Source: Octopus vulgaris (Eukaryota). From it: DNA of 64,000 bases. The number at the start of each line of letters is the position of its first letter. Within the stretch, counting starts at the first letter, position 1. Below, one piece after another: positions 1 through 14,298 of this stretch. Below the pieces are notes generated by a model that worked only from the letters and a program-made list of their open reading frames with translations, was not told the DNA's origin and did not search any database. The stretch is taken from assembly GCA_951406725.2 (NCBI GenBank), contig OX597819.1, positions 61,628,001 to 61,692,000 of the forward strand, given 5' to 3'. The translations under genes and the position numbers were made by a program.

Positions 1-376
1 CGACTTTGCTTTTCGTCCATTTGAAATCGATGAAATAAAGACCCCCCCCCCACCTTTCCCCTCAAAACTGCTGACCTTGTGCTTAAACGAGAAACCTTTG
101 TTACTATTACTACTACTACTACTAGAACAAAGCGACGAATGAAACGGAAGAGTAGCAGACAAAATATTTCATGGTATTTCCATTCGTTTCTTTGCATTCA
201 GAGTTAATAAAAATCAAGGACTACTTTGTCTTCCGTCGTTTCTTTGCCGTTCATCCTTTCGGGGTCGATAAGCTAAGTACCAGTTGCGTACTGGGGTCGA
301 TCTAATCGACTGGCCCCCTCCCCGAAAATTTTGGGCCTTGTGCCTAGAATAGAAAAGAATATTGAAGCACTCATAA

Positions 377-560
377 GGCGGCGAGCTGGCAGAAACGTTA
401 GCACGCCGGGTGAAGTACTGAGTTCAAATTCCGACGAGGTGGACTTCGGCTTTCATTTTTTCGGGGTCGATAAATTATGTACCAGTTGCATACTGGGTTC
501 GATGTAATCGACTTAACCCCTCCCCCGAAATTGCTGGCTTTGTACCAACATTTGAAACCA
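377..560 (+). mobile_element. tRNA-derived SINE family A (Nin/Deu-like central domain)
   Basis: ggcggcgagctggcaga head, gagttcaaattcc B box, central ctttcatcctttcggggtcgataa..aagtaccag. More than 20 copies or fragments in the window. Confidence 0.8.
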
Positions 561-799
561 GTATGCATGTTGTATGTGATTGATTCTATCAACTAAGCAT
601 TCGCCAATACACAGAACCGTTACGAATTTGTAGTTTAGAGTAGAAATTATTTTACGCATCATAAAGTATCGGTGAACCTGGCTCGCAATTCAGTTCATTT
701 TAGTTGTTGAAATAATTTCTCTATTTTTAAAAATGAAAGGAATAAATGTCAATCAACCTCCTGACAACGTATTATAAATAGTTTGTTTTTTTTCGTTTA

Positions 800-1150
800 T
801 TGAGTTGTAGAATTAAAATGTTGCCCGGTTTAACAACACTGCCTGAATCTTAGGTGTCTTCAGCAGTGTCCAGTTTGTTACTAGCTTTCAGATTAGGTCT
901 TCGGTCTGAGAATATAATCTTCTCTTCTCATCTGTCTCTCGAATGTTCTTTTTCTGCTAGCTAGTTCAGTTCAGATCAGATGTGGAGGTGTGTACTATTG
1001 CAGTGCGATACTGCATTCACCATTTGTCAGTATATTCCTTGGTCCTCCCGAGCGCCTGTCAAGCATAGTCCCAATCAGTTTCCATCTCAATGAGATCCCT
1101 CCTCATCTGCCTTTACCGTTTGACAGGGAACAGCATGATCAACGAAAACT
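800..1150 (-). pseudogene. Decayed PLE GIY-YIG endonuclease C-terminus with an eroded HHR-like tail
   Basis: Broken minus-strand frames give HAVPCQ...LDRR..., NAVSHCNSTHLHI..LAEKEHSRDR.EEKII..RRPNL, followed by CTGAAGA...aaaccgg. Many stops and frameshifts. Confidence 0.3.
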
Positions 1151-1559
1151 TTACTTCGGCGCGTTTCTCTTATTTCTATATATATTGCTTTTAAATATTG
1201 GCACAAAGCCAGCATTTTCGGGGAAGGGCCTTAAGTCAATTATATCGACCCCAGTGCTTAGCTGGTACTTATTTTATCGACCCTGAAAGAGATGAAAGGG
1301 AAGTGGACCTCAATGGAATTTGAACCCAAAACGTAAAGACGGACGAAAAGTCGCAAGCAATTTCCTCAGCGATTCTGCCAGCTCGCCACTTTCGTTTCGA
1401 TGCACATTAACAAGTGAACTTAGACACGTGATAACGTTGCCTTTATGTAGCTAATGTCTAACTGCTTCTTCTCACAACCATCGGAGCGTGAAGCGCTCTT
1501 CACGAGCGCACGTTCGTGAGATGGTTATGATATATAAACAGTTTTGAATAGGTACCAGA

Positions 1560-1840
1560 AAACGAAGTATGAATACGCATGCGCATGTGTACACTGAATT
1601 CGTAAAACGGAAGAGAAGACTAAAAAAGCAATGCACATGTCAAAGTAAAACGGAAGATGAAAATAAACAAGTTATTTGATGGTCTGCATGCTACGTCTGA
1701 CACCACTACCACGCAGCTTTACTGCAATTTTCTTGTTATGAGTATGTTTTCTTAGTTACCATCATGGATTGGACCGTTGCACACCGTACATTTGTCAACC
1801 TGTAAAATGTGAAAGATCTTTTTTTTTACTGCACCCTGTA
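1560..1840 (+). mobile_element. Internally deleted Tc1/mariner-type remnant
   Basis: ATG..MDWTVAHRTFV, resembling a transposase N-terminus, at about 1764, then a typical end ttttactgcaccctg-TA. Left TIR not found. Confidence 0.35.
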
Positions 1841-2255
1841 TAAGGAAAAGTCTAAAGACTAAAGACATTGAAACCAACTAAAGTAGTGCCTCCACCAGTG
1901 TGTTGCGCACATAAATATTAGTCATGTGATGGTTCCAATCAAAAGAAAGAATAGTTCTTGGAAAATAATCAGTGGACATATGCCAAAGAAAGAAACCATT
2001 GTCTATAGTGTAGCGCAAGTATTAATCCTGCTACCATTCTTTTTATTGGCGTTCATTATATAATGAGAAAAGAATGAAATCCTTGACCCCCATAGCTTTA
2101 AGCGGATATTGCTTTAGCCTCTTATTTTAGAACAAGGCTAAATATATAATCTTATATAGAATTAATCCTTTTGACTTGAAATAGCGGTTCCTGAATGGGA
2201 AAAAAGCAATTTCTCTTGCCAAATGATGGTGACATTATACAAGAAATTTAAACCA

Positions 2256-2293
<38 letters not shown>

Positions 2294-2861
2294 AATGTCG
2301 ACGGCGATGATGATAAATTAATAATAAAAGAAAGAAGACAATTATTTTCTTAAGGAGAAATAAAACCAGTTGAAGATAAAAAATGAAGATATCAAAAATT
2401 TGTTCGCCTTTTGAATGAGAAGAACAGGAAGTAGTGATGGACAGGTTCCTGTTGAAGTAGAAAAAAGTTTCTGTTTCTTTCGTCAATGTTTATAAATTAA
2501 GCATCGTTAGTTATAATTGATTCCTAATGACTACAAACACGATTGATGTTTGCAGACGAAGTTGTATGAAATTTTAAAACTTACACGAGTATATTACTGG
2601 TATTTGTTTTTACTGAGTCTCATAAATATTTGTTTCAAGTTTTGGCTCAAGACCAACAATATTAAGGTGAGGTGCGAGTCGATTACATCAACCCCAGTGC
2701 TTGACTGATACTTATTTGATAGACCCCGAGAGGAGAAAATGCAAAATCGACCTCGACGGCATTTGAACTTAGAAAATAAAGAACCGGAAGAAATGCCGCT
2801 ATGCATTTTGTCCGACACGCTAATAGTTCTGCCAGCTCGCCGGGATCGATGTAAATATTCT

Positions 2862-3245
2862 TTTCTTCTCTAGGCACAAGGGCCGAAATTTGCTAGGAGG
2901 GGGCCAGTCGATTAGGTCGACCCGAGTACGGAACTGATACTTAATATATCGAAAGGTAAAGTCGACCTCAGCAGAATTTGAAATCAGAACATAAAAACAG
3001 ACAAAATACCTATTTCTTTACTACTCACAAGAGGCTAAACACAGAAAGGACAAACAAGGACAGACAAACGGATTAAGTCCATTACATCGACCCCAGTGCG
3101 TAACTGGTACTTATTTAATCGACCTCCCGAAAGGATGAAAGGCAAAGTCGACCTCGGCGGAATTTGAACTTAGAACGTAACGGCAGACGAAATACGGCTA
3201 CGCATTTCGCCCGGCGTGCTAACGTTTCTGCCAGCTCGCCGCCAT
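2862..3245 (-). mobile_element. SINE family A, 1.5-mer
   Basis: Full copy followed by a second, head-less unit. Confidence 0.8.
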
Positions 3246-3763
3246 GGATCACTGTAAATATTAAAATAAAAATAATTTCCTTCCAAATTTCAAAGAATTA
3301 AACGAACTAAAATAAAGTATCAGTCAAGCAATGTGGCCAATTGAATCTAACCCATGTAAAATAATGTATTTTATCGACCCTGTGGGGTTTGCTAGGTAAA
3401 GTTAAATTCGGCAGAATTTGAACTCAGAACTAAAACAAATACCGCATGACACTTTATCCGATGTTCTAACGATTCTACCAACCCATCGCCATGGTGGCCT
3501 TCTGTCTTGGTCATCTGTATTGCTACAATCATGAGTTTTTATTAAGAACTGTCGCTGCAACATAACACGAAAAATACACATTAATCAATACTAAAAGCTG
3601 CTAATCAGTCGTTGTAAATTTGTTATTATCGATCTTTTATTGAATTTTTATTTAAAAAAAAAAAAAAGACTAGAATTTTTTCTTTTTTTTTGTATATCTA
3701 TTTTCTTTGATAAGATTAACAGTGCTGCCAGTCGAATATATTTAAGCAATTCAATAAATAACG

Positions 3764-3849
<86 letters not shown>

Positions 3850-4010
3850 CAATAATAACAATAATAATGACCCTTTCTACTATAGACACAAGACCACAAA
3901 TTTTGGGGGAGGGGCCTGTCGGTTACTTCGACCCCATTACTCAACTGGTACTTAGTTTATTGACCCCGACAAGATGAAAGGCAAAGTCGACCTCGGTGGG
4001 AGTTGAACAC

Positions 4011-4134
4011 GGAAGAGGAGGAGGAGGAGAAGAAGAAGAAGAAGAAGAAGAAGAAGAAGAAGAAGAAGAAGAAGAAGAAGAAGAAGAAGAAGAAGAAGAA
4101 GGAGAAGGAAGGAGAAGAAGAAGAAGAAGAAGAA

Positions 4135-4181
<47 letters not shown>

Positions 4182-4182
4182 A
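4011..4182. repeat. (GAA)n/(GGA)n microsatellite
   Basis: Direct observation; a similar tract lies at 49425-49540. Confidence 0.95.
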
Positions 4183-6749
4183 GCTATGATGACGAAACGG
4201 TTCTATTCTGGTGAATTGACGTATATAGCTCTATTACATTCGATCCATTTCATCTTATTTCATTTTACCGACGATTTCCAATTAAAATTATAGACTGATA
4301 TGCTTTAGCCTCTCACAGCATTACATAAAAAGAGAATGGGTCACAAACCAACGAGCTGGTACGTGATCGTTCAACTTCCTACAATTCACAACAGTTTTTG
4401 TTTTTTTTTATCCCAAATAACATCATATATAAAGTATTCGTAGATATACTATGTCTGAAAAGAAAAATAAATATAACTATAAAAAAACTTTTTTAAAACA
4501 GGAAGTTGGGATTCTAATGCCTTTGATCATAAGATTGTTCGATAGGGGATGATTTGAGGATCACAAAATGACGACAACAAACTCTTCCTCAGCGACCGTG
4601 ACATAATGACCTGTAAAAGTGTGGCGTGGCTGCAGAAGTAGCAAGAGATTAAAATTGGAGATGAAATAAAATAGAAGCGGAAATAGTAAATTATGAATGC
4701 TTTACAATCAAAGCATTTACAATAGAATTGAAGCTTAATACATTGAATATTATATATATGAAATATGTTAACATATACATTGAATTTATACCGGTTAGTG
4801 TACCTGGTCGAATAATAACGGCTCGATTAAAAGGACTGGGGATTTGAAAACATATCAAGGAAACGTATACAAATATGATTTACGCACAAATTCCAGACAG
4901 TTTGAAAGAACCGATTAGCTGTACCCATCGACCCCAGGATTTCATTGCTTCTTATTTTATCAACCCCGGAAGGATGAATAGCAAGGATTACCTCAACTGG
5001 ATTGTTCTTAGAACGTGAAAAGCCGGAGAAAATATCGCAAGGCATTTTTCCGATACTCTAAAGATTTTGTCTGTTCACCACCCTCATATCGAGGAAGAAT
5101 ACAAGAACTTTTTATGAGGAATTTTGAGAGTTGGAGATTAGTCGTTACCATCACCCGAGCACTTTATTCTATCGACTCCGAAAGGATGGTTACTCTATTT
5201 TATCGATCCCGAAAGGATGGGTTACTATCAGAGTGGAAGTTTCTTTTGATGATGATTGTTCTCACCTTAGTTTCGACGAAGATTGTTCTAGTTGCATGAA
5301 CTACGGATCTCTCTTTTATAATAAGTCTTATAATCAGGTCTTGTGGCTATGTTAGAAACAATTGTATTATAGAGTTGTCTGGATATGCTACAGGCAAGAT
5401 TCCGTTGGTTTGGCATTCTATGTCACATGTCTGCAAAGAGTTTAAACTCATTCAAATTTCAATAACGATAAACAAAAGTTGTAGAGTAATAACAGAGCTA
5501 CTAAAGACCTTATCGGTAAAATACTTTTCAAATAAGTAAAAATACTTTTCAAATAAGTAATATCCTCACCTAAAAGTTGATATTGTGTTAGAACACAGAA
5601 TACTTCGATAGTTGCTATGAGAGAACCTCTCATATCAGCTTTTGGTGCATATAAGCACCGATATGAGAGGTTCTCTCATACTAACTATCGAAGAATACTG
5701 TGTTCTAACACATCCACTTTTAAGTGGGGATAAAATAATACCTTTTGGTATTCATACGGCATATGTCACGAATAATTACTTTTCAAATAATCTAATAAGA
5801 GTGTTAATTCAAACAACATTGGAAAGAACTAAAATAAAATTTTAAAAAACGAACGAATTTATCTGACTGCACAGCTACGTGGTAATGTGTGTATGAGACA
5901 AAGTTTGATCATTGAATTACTGGTGCAAACCATTACATTTATAGGAGACATCCAATAGGCTTCAGCGTAGTTTCCGTTTCGTTTCTCCAGATTCACAATC
6001 AAGGCTTTGGTCGAATCAAGGTTATGAAGAGAGAAAAAAGCTTTTGCTCATGCTGCAAAGCTGTGGGATCAGAATGGTATCAAGCTCAGAACTCCTCGAT
6101 TGCTAAGCGAACATCTTAACCAATTAAGCCATGCTTGCCCTTATACGCAGGTACCTCGTTGGTTCAGAACAAAATTTATAGGGTGAAACTTTCAGCAGAA
6201 GCTTCTCATGTAGTTCTCACACATTCTGCTAATGTCAGGAATAGCAGTTAATAGGTTTCTTTACTAAAGATTCTTAGATAAGTAGAGGAATATTTTTTGA
6301 TTTATCTGTGTAAGATATCGTGTTGCAAAAGCATAGATTCTAGCATATATGAACTTAGATTGCGGTAATTGACAAAGATCAAACAAGGAAAAAAACATGA
6401 AAGGTAAGCAGTTCTTCAGAAGAAAATGGAGGCATTTTTCATCACGCAAAAAGGCATTCATAGCTTGAGTTGTCTTGAGTATAGTTAAGTTTTCAGAAAT
6501 TAAGGAGTAATTCAGAATACAGTAAAATATAGTTAAATAATATAATATATAAAGTGAGGTTATTGTTCAGTATTAAGAAGTGTTTTATGTTTTGTTTATA
6601 ACTGATAATCTAATGCAAAATAAAAATCTCCAAAATGCCAAAAAGAAACACACACACACACATACACACACGCACGCACACACACTTGTGCATGTATGTA
6701 GGTGTATGTATGTCTATCTATCTATCCATCTATCTATCTATCTATCTAC

Positions 6750-6799
<50 letters not shown>

Positions 6800-7139
6800 A
6801 GATTAATTAATTAATTGATTAATAATTAATCATTCGACCAAGTAGTCAGTACATTAAAATAACCTTTATAGGTGAAATATACAGAATATTCTATAATTAT
6901 ATAAGTAATTATAATCAGGGGTCAGCTAATTGCTTCGCCACGTACCGAAATTAGGAGTAGATGCTAATATCATTTCAACTACCATACGTATCTCCGAAAC
7001 AATAACACACTTTTTTATGTAGGCAGTTTGCAGACAGATGGATGGACGGACAGACAAACAGACAGACACACAGACAGACGGATGGACGGACAGACAGGCG
7101 GGCGGACGGATGGAAAGACAGACAGACAGACAGACAGAC

Positions 7140-7198
<59 letters not shown>

Positions 7199-7567
7199 CA
7201 AATGTAGAGACAGTAAAGTTTGGTCAAAGCCGATGACTTATTCCAGCGCTACTAGCAGTCTTATGTATTTTCATATTCGAAGCACTTCATTTATACAATG
7301 CGAGATTTTACGGTTGGCCGAAACCACGATCCGGTTTAGATTCTAGATTTACGCCTTTAAGAAAGTTAAAAGTGTTGTAACAATAATTTTCGTCCAACGG
7401 AAGTCGGAAAGCATAATTCCTGTGGATTTCTTTGTCAATGAACGAACGCAAACAAGCCAGAAACTGGAAGTAGCCGCATATTAAACACATTTTATCCAGT
7501 TTATCCTGTTTGTAGACAAGAACCTGTATATGTTCACACATACATACAGACATACATACATACATAC

Positions 7568-8124
7568 ATGGTGGTGGCTGCCCCCTCGTTATCGAGTATG
7601 GCCATTGCACGAAGCTTAATCAATGTTGTTATCGTGCAATGCCTGTGCAAGAAGACTTTTTTTAAAGTGAGGAAAGGCTGTGCACTGAGTCAATCCCACT
7701 CACTAAGCAACAGCAGCCATAATCCGAAAAGAAGAACAAGTCAACATCATCGGTAACCACTGAGCAGCAGGTTTTATGTTGGAGTTATCCCAGTTACCTG
7801 AGTTACCTTCTCCTAGAAGGATGCCCTAACAAAGGCTAGGAGTCTTTCACTCCCAATGGTTTAACCGCGCGATCGGGTATTCAGTCCGATTATTTCTATG
7901 TCCTCGCGCATGATACAGCCTTAAGACATTTATTGGATGGCCGTTGACTCTCAATAGTTCCTCCGCCCTTTGACGGATTTTGTTTTTCATCCCGCAGGGT
8001 GTCCGATAAACACCCTCCTCACCAAGCAAGCTTGGTAGGGTTGCCGGTTTAGTCGCCGACGACCCGACCATGCAACAGGTTGTACTAGATTACATGTTAC
8101 CAGTAGCACTCGAAAGTGACCTGA
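7568..8124 (-). mobile_element. Non-autonomous (internally deleted) RTE-like element inserted in (TACA)n
   Basis: Non-repetitive, more GC-rich 550-bp block flanked by (TACA)n on both sides. Its ends resemble RTE 5' UTR and 3' tail sequences from recall. No ORF. Confidence 0.45.
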
Positions 8125-9330
8125 CATACATACATACATACATACATACATACATACATACATACATACATACATCAAATTATTGATTTTAAATTTTGGA
8201 TCAAGGCAAACAAATTAGGCGGAGGGCATAAGTCGATTACATTGACCCCAGTGTTCAACTGCTACTTATTTTTCAAACTCCCGAAAAGATAAAAGGCAAA
8301 GTGGAGCTTTGGGGAATTTTAACTCCGAACATAAAAACGGACGAAGTGCCGCTAAACATTTTGCCTGGCGCAGTAAAAACTCTGCCAGCTCACAGCTTTA
8401 TAAACATCTAGGCGCAGGAGTGGCTGTGTGGTAAGTAGCTTGCTTACCTTACTACAGAAGAGTTCGCAATTTTTCTTAAGCTGCTTGGAAGTCACGTCTT
8501 TCGACGTGAAAATTAAAAAAATTGGAGCACGACGTATAGGCGTTTGTTTTGTTTTTGTGGGGCTTAGTGGCGCTTGTTGCTCTGTAATTAATATTTTTTG
8601 TTGAGCAATAGTCTCCACTCTGTTCCAGACATTTGTCTGCCTGTGGTTCTGCAAAAAGATTCACGTTGCAGTGAGAATAGTGTTTTGGGGAGGCGTATTC
8701 CCTCCAGGAAAAAATTTTTGTTTGTGAAAATTTTTTTTTTTTTACTGTGTTCGTGCCCGGGAATTACCTTTGGATTTACCATTCAGGCAAGGAGTGCGAA
8801 GACGGCAAAGAATTTAATTTTTGTGCTGCGACGGAGAACTGCTGATTACCTGAGTAGCAGAATTTTGTTGCCAGTTGAACTGCACGCACAATGAGACAAA
8901 GCTACACACACACACACACACACGAACATGAACATACAAACACATGAATATGCAGAATACATACATGCAAACGTACACACCATGCATGCCCATATATATA
9001 TATATATATCCACATTCACACACACGTACGTGCATACACACACATAGATGCATACATACATACATTTGTGTAAGCGCAGGCACACTGACCCACACACATG
9101 CGCACAAACAAAAAGAACGCAGCTCGGATAACGTACAGAGTCAACCACTATTGGAAAGGTTGCAAGACGCAATGAAAATTTTAGAAAAAATAAATAAGTA
9201 GATGAGTGGAAACTGAACCGGTGAGTGTTAAATAATAAGGCACAGAAAGAGAAAGACTCTCTCCAGACAACAAAATATGCTACAACACACGAACTGACAT
9301 AAAGAATCTTGTAAACCAAATCCCAAAACG

Positions 9331-9382
<52 letters not shown>

Positions 9383-9450
9383 GAGCAAAACGCCCCCCCA
9401 CGATAGCGAGAGCTACACCCTAAACCACTTGGCCGTTCACTCCCTCTCTT

Positions 9451-9497
<47 letters not shown>

Positions 9498-10317
9498 ATA
9501 CATACATGTACATACATTCATACACACAATGTGTATTACCTTAAAATTTAAATAAGTAGAATTTCTCATTTGTATTAGTCATAATTACTCAACCATTTTT
9601 CTCCCTCTCCTCCTTCACCTTAAGTTGCTTCAGGTGTGAAGTGCCGCTTGTTTACTATTTGCTCTACGGCGCTCGCCATGAAATCATTAGTAATTCAATA
9701 AAAAACCCTGCTGTTAATACATTAGATAATCCGGATGATGTTTCTCCAACAGAGTAAGTTACTGATTAGAATTATTATTCAATTAACTACAACACCACAA
9801 TGTTTCAATCGATTTAATAATAAAACGTAAATTATAGCGTCTTTCTTAAACATTGTTAACCACTGTTATTAAAATCCAAAAATAGCTAAACAAGATTTTT
9901 CTTTTTAAATAAAGGCAAATTATTAAAGAATTCATTAAAATATTTATTATTCATTAAGTTATTTATGATTCACTGAAATATTTACGATATCAAATCTTAC
10001 TTTCTCTTATGTAATGAACGCATGAATCAACGACAATTATTATACGTAAATGTAAGTGCAGATCTCCTGCGGTTGAATTTGACTCTGATTTTGCTCTACG
10101 TTAATTTAATCTCTTATCAGTGTGGTTTCTCACAAATATAAATCTCTAAAAGGAAGCCGATAGCGGAATCATAAAGCGATGGATTAAATGCCTTGTAGGG
10201 TATAGTTATTTCACTTTACGTTTTGAGTTCAAATACCACTAGGATCTTTCAGGGACTGGTAATATATACTCTAATCTACTCTCATGGGATTGTGATAATA
10301 AAGAATGTTGTCGTGGC

Positions 10318-10567
10318 CTGGGAGGGTCGATAATAATACACGCACTGGTTCAATATCACTTCTTTATTGTAATTGGTTAAATATCTAACCAAGTGGCTAA
10401 TCGATCGTTTGTTTAATGTGTTGCCTAAACAATCAATAGGTTTGTTTGTCAAAATCCTTTCGTCATTAATGGCATGTTTCCTCTCTTCAAGGCCTGAAGA
10501 TTAATAATAAAAAGTGTAATACTGAACCAGTGCGGGTGTTATTATTTTTGGCGTAATGACCCTCCCA
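10318..10567. mobile_element. MITE or foldback element
   Basis: Inverted arms tgggagggtc/gaccctccca and cgcactggttca/tgaaccagtgcg. Related single arms near 54065 and 57990. Confidence 0.55.
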
Positions 10568-13500
10568 AAACACAACAAGATTTGTTTCAACACACGAATT
10601 CATACCAAGAATCTTGCAAATCAAATACAACGCGATGATAAATTATATTTCCTCTAAATTCGGCCAGAAAGATCTCTGACCGATATCCTAGAGTTTACAG
10701 GTGAAAACACCAGACATTTACCATCTAAGATTGTAAGTAAGCATGAGTTACCTGCTTGATTGAATAACAAATGTTAATAAATATTCTCATCACATTTTTC
10801 ATCGAATTTGTTAGTAACACTCAAGTTTGTGTCGCTATACCAAAACTTCCATTTTTCCTTCGAAATCCACTTGCTTTTCTTTCATTGAAATTCTTCAATA
10901 TCTCTATATTCGCGAAACTTTGACATGTTAAATATTCAGTTAATGTTAATAAATATTTTTTTCTTTGGTTTGTAAAATGTGAAATTTCCCTTGGTTGTCA
11001 GATAATTACGGATTCCCGGAGATCTTACGCCCTCTCGCAAGACACCAGTTTCGGCGTATACAAGCAATATCATGGCGTATGAAGTGAATTTCATGAACAC
11101 AAATTAAGCCACAGCTTTTAAACAAAAAATTTCGAGAATACATGAATATAAATTAAAGCCAAGTTTGAAATATACTTTGGTATTGACAAAAAGTTGTAAC
11201 TGTCTAACTTCCAAGAATGTTTGTGCACGAAAACTCTACTGGAAAAAATTCAATCAACAACTTGTTTCTAACACAAAAATTATAATTATCACAAGCAAAT
11301 TAATGTAATGAAAATAATTAGCGTAATGAATATAATGTTTATAATTAAATTATAATACACAATACATAACGTAATGATGAAAAAAAAATTATTCTCATGT
11401 AATAATGTAAAATAAATTTTCTTTTGCCTGCTGTATTCTTTTGATGGAAACAAAACTGTGTATTTCAGTATTATCTTACAGCAATGTATTCTCCAATAAA
11501 AAAAACTTAAGCAAATAGATTTCTCTCGAGTTATATGAAATAATTTCTCCAACAGCAAAATCCAATTATGTCCTTTGTTTATATAACATATTCCCACAGT
11601 TACTGATGACTGCACCGAAAGCCATAAAGCCGTGCATTCTCCAAGATAATTTTTTTTAATGCATTTACAATCATTATCTTTATATATAACATTCATATCA
11701 ATAACATACAGAACATTTTAAATGACTCTTTGAGCATATTTTTTCTTCGTTTATTTTATTTATCTATTTGTTTTGGATGGTATTTGAACAATTTATATAA
11801 AAATAAAGAATCCGTTAACGTAACCAATCGGTCGATAATGTTGTCACCACTTTAATAGATATTACACATTATTTTTTCATTGGTAATTGTTACAGTCAGC
11901 AACTTTGATAGCAATGCTGCAGTTTCATGTTATATTTTGAAAATATCTTCGACCGTAACTATCAGGTTACTGCAATAAAGTTACTGCAATAAAGTAGAAA
12001 GCCTGAATGTGAAACAAAACAAAAAAATTGTTATAAAACAAACCATAACTACTTTTATATTCTTTACTCTTATGCACTTTTACTGGTTATAGCCAAGTTG
12101 GCGTGGCAATACTGGGACTATGCCATCAATAATTTGTTACTATTTTAACCAGATTTTTTGTTAATGCCGAGATATAAATGCGAGAGAAAAGTGCTTCTTC
12201 AAGGGAAACCAGTTATCGTGCTCATATCAAATATATCACGTTTATATAACTATACATTTTGTGAGCAAAAACACCGCTAAAATATATATGTATCTCTCTC
12301 GTAGCTCGGCGAAGATCATAAAACACTAAAGATAAATTGGTTTATATAGCAGCAATTATGTAAAGTGATTAATTGATATTTTAAATAAGTTCACTAAAAA
12401 ACAAAGCCCTGGGTGTTTTTACCAAGTTGTCATTATAATAATTTATAGCATTTTATAAGTTCCATAACTTTCTGAAATTAGTATTTTCCCTCTTTGCTTT
12501 TTGTCATCATAAAGTAACACAATATTTGATCTAGAACCTACAGCACAACCTTTTCCAGAAGGTGGCCTACAAAAACTTCATGAACTTCCAAATATAGATT
12601 TACTATTTATTGAATTATGCAATGCAGAAGAATATAGTATTCTCCCTGGCCCTCTAAAACTTTGGAAAGGACTTGATGGACAATCAGGACTACGTTACGT
12701 ATCACAAGTCTAGAAGATGCCCTAATTAGGGTTCTTTCTTATGCTTCAGGTTGATACATTTTACTACCCGGCTGTGACCATATATTTCATCTATATGAGG
12801 TATTTATAACCCAGGGCCAGCTCTGTTTGTGCAGCTCTAAGATCAGGGATATATCGTAACTATTCCGTATTTTCACAGATCCAGCTTTAAATGTGTCCTT
12901 CCATCCTGAAGACCATTGAGTAATTAAAACGGAATGTGGTTTAGGAAAAGTTGCTGTTATTTCTAGCGAAACTAGTGACCGCGTAGAAGCACCTTCGTCG
13001 GCTCGATCCGCTGGTATGTTATTAACAGGTAGGTTGACAATGCTACGCCATAACGTTGTAAACACTAAACTTATTGATAGCTGATTTCCACAGCATCAGA
13101 CCGAAATTACTATCTATAGTTTGCATTTAAACTAGTATTCAGCTTTGATTAACGTATGGAAATTGTAATTTTCGTAATAAAAAAATAAAATTCCCTAGTT
13201 TCTTGATGCGATTATATATAATTATATATTTTGGAAAATTATCAAGTTTTCTAAATGGAAATTAAATACCTTAATTAATTACAAGTTTTACGTTTCTCTG
13301 ACAATAGAACTCCGTATCTGTTCCATAATGATAACGAAGGTAAACAAGTGTGTGTCTGATTAGCACACACATGAATAGCATTGCAATAATTACGCGTAAT
13401 TTACTTTAATCTTCGGCAGTACGGAATTTTAAAGTAATATCTGAAGATGGTCAAACAATATAAAATTTCTTTGAAGTGTTGACATTCTTAGGTGGCGAGC

Positions 13501-14108
13501 TGATAGAATCGGTGGTTGGTCGGACGAAATGTTTGGCGTCATTTCTTCCAGCTATTTACATTATGGTTTCAAATACCGCCGAGGTCAAGTTTACCTTTTC
13601 ATCTTTTCGGGGTCGATAAATTAAGTACCAGTTGCATACTGGGTCGATATAATAGGCTGGCCCCTCCCCTCAAACTGCTACAAATAAGTAATTCTGCAAC
13701 GGGCCAGCGTCCTGTTGAGTACGGCAGTTGTAATCTCGGTCACGTATGAACCTTGGAAACCGGACAACCGGCCTTATAAATTCTAAAACTCGAAAGAAAA
13801 ACAATTTACAGACCTTTCTTAAAATAACGATCGTAAATTAAGAATAAAGGTGTAGCGAAAATCCACTGGATTCTCAACCAGGAATTGAAACTTCGATCTG
13901 AATGCTTCTGCATGCTTCTTTCCATTATTCTCTGAATTTGCACTCAGAATTTATGTTCCGTCAAGTTCACAACCAACGCATTTCGGGTCCAATAAATACA
14001 TTTACATGCGTTGTTATTGATTTAATCTTAACTTAACCCCCTTTAGCACAGGTAAAATATGAGTTACTGTAGAACGACACTCTCTACACTCGACAACTTT
14101 CTGAGTAC

Positions 14109-14155
<47 letters not shown>

Positions 14156-14245
14156 ATCTCTATCTATCTCTATCTATCTATCTATCTATCTATCTTTTTT
14201 CCTTCTTTCTTTCTCTCTCTCCCCTCTCTCTTTCTCTTTTTTACT

Positions 14246-14298
<53 letters not shown>

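Noticed and set aside
3996-4293. Poly-E/K/R ORFs and the many [12 protein letters not shown] and HTHT ORFs in the track
   Set aside because: Translations of microsatellites with no domain signal.
11622-11650. CTGATGA-ctgcacc-GAAA hammerhead-like spacing
   Set aside because: No stem II, stem III or stem I pairing.
11289-11696. 135-aa minus-strand ORF
   Set aside because: AT-rich with no recognisable motif; likely a chance ORF.
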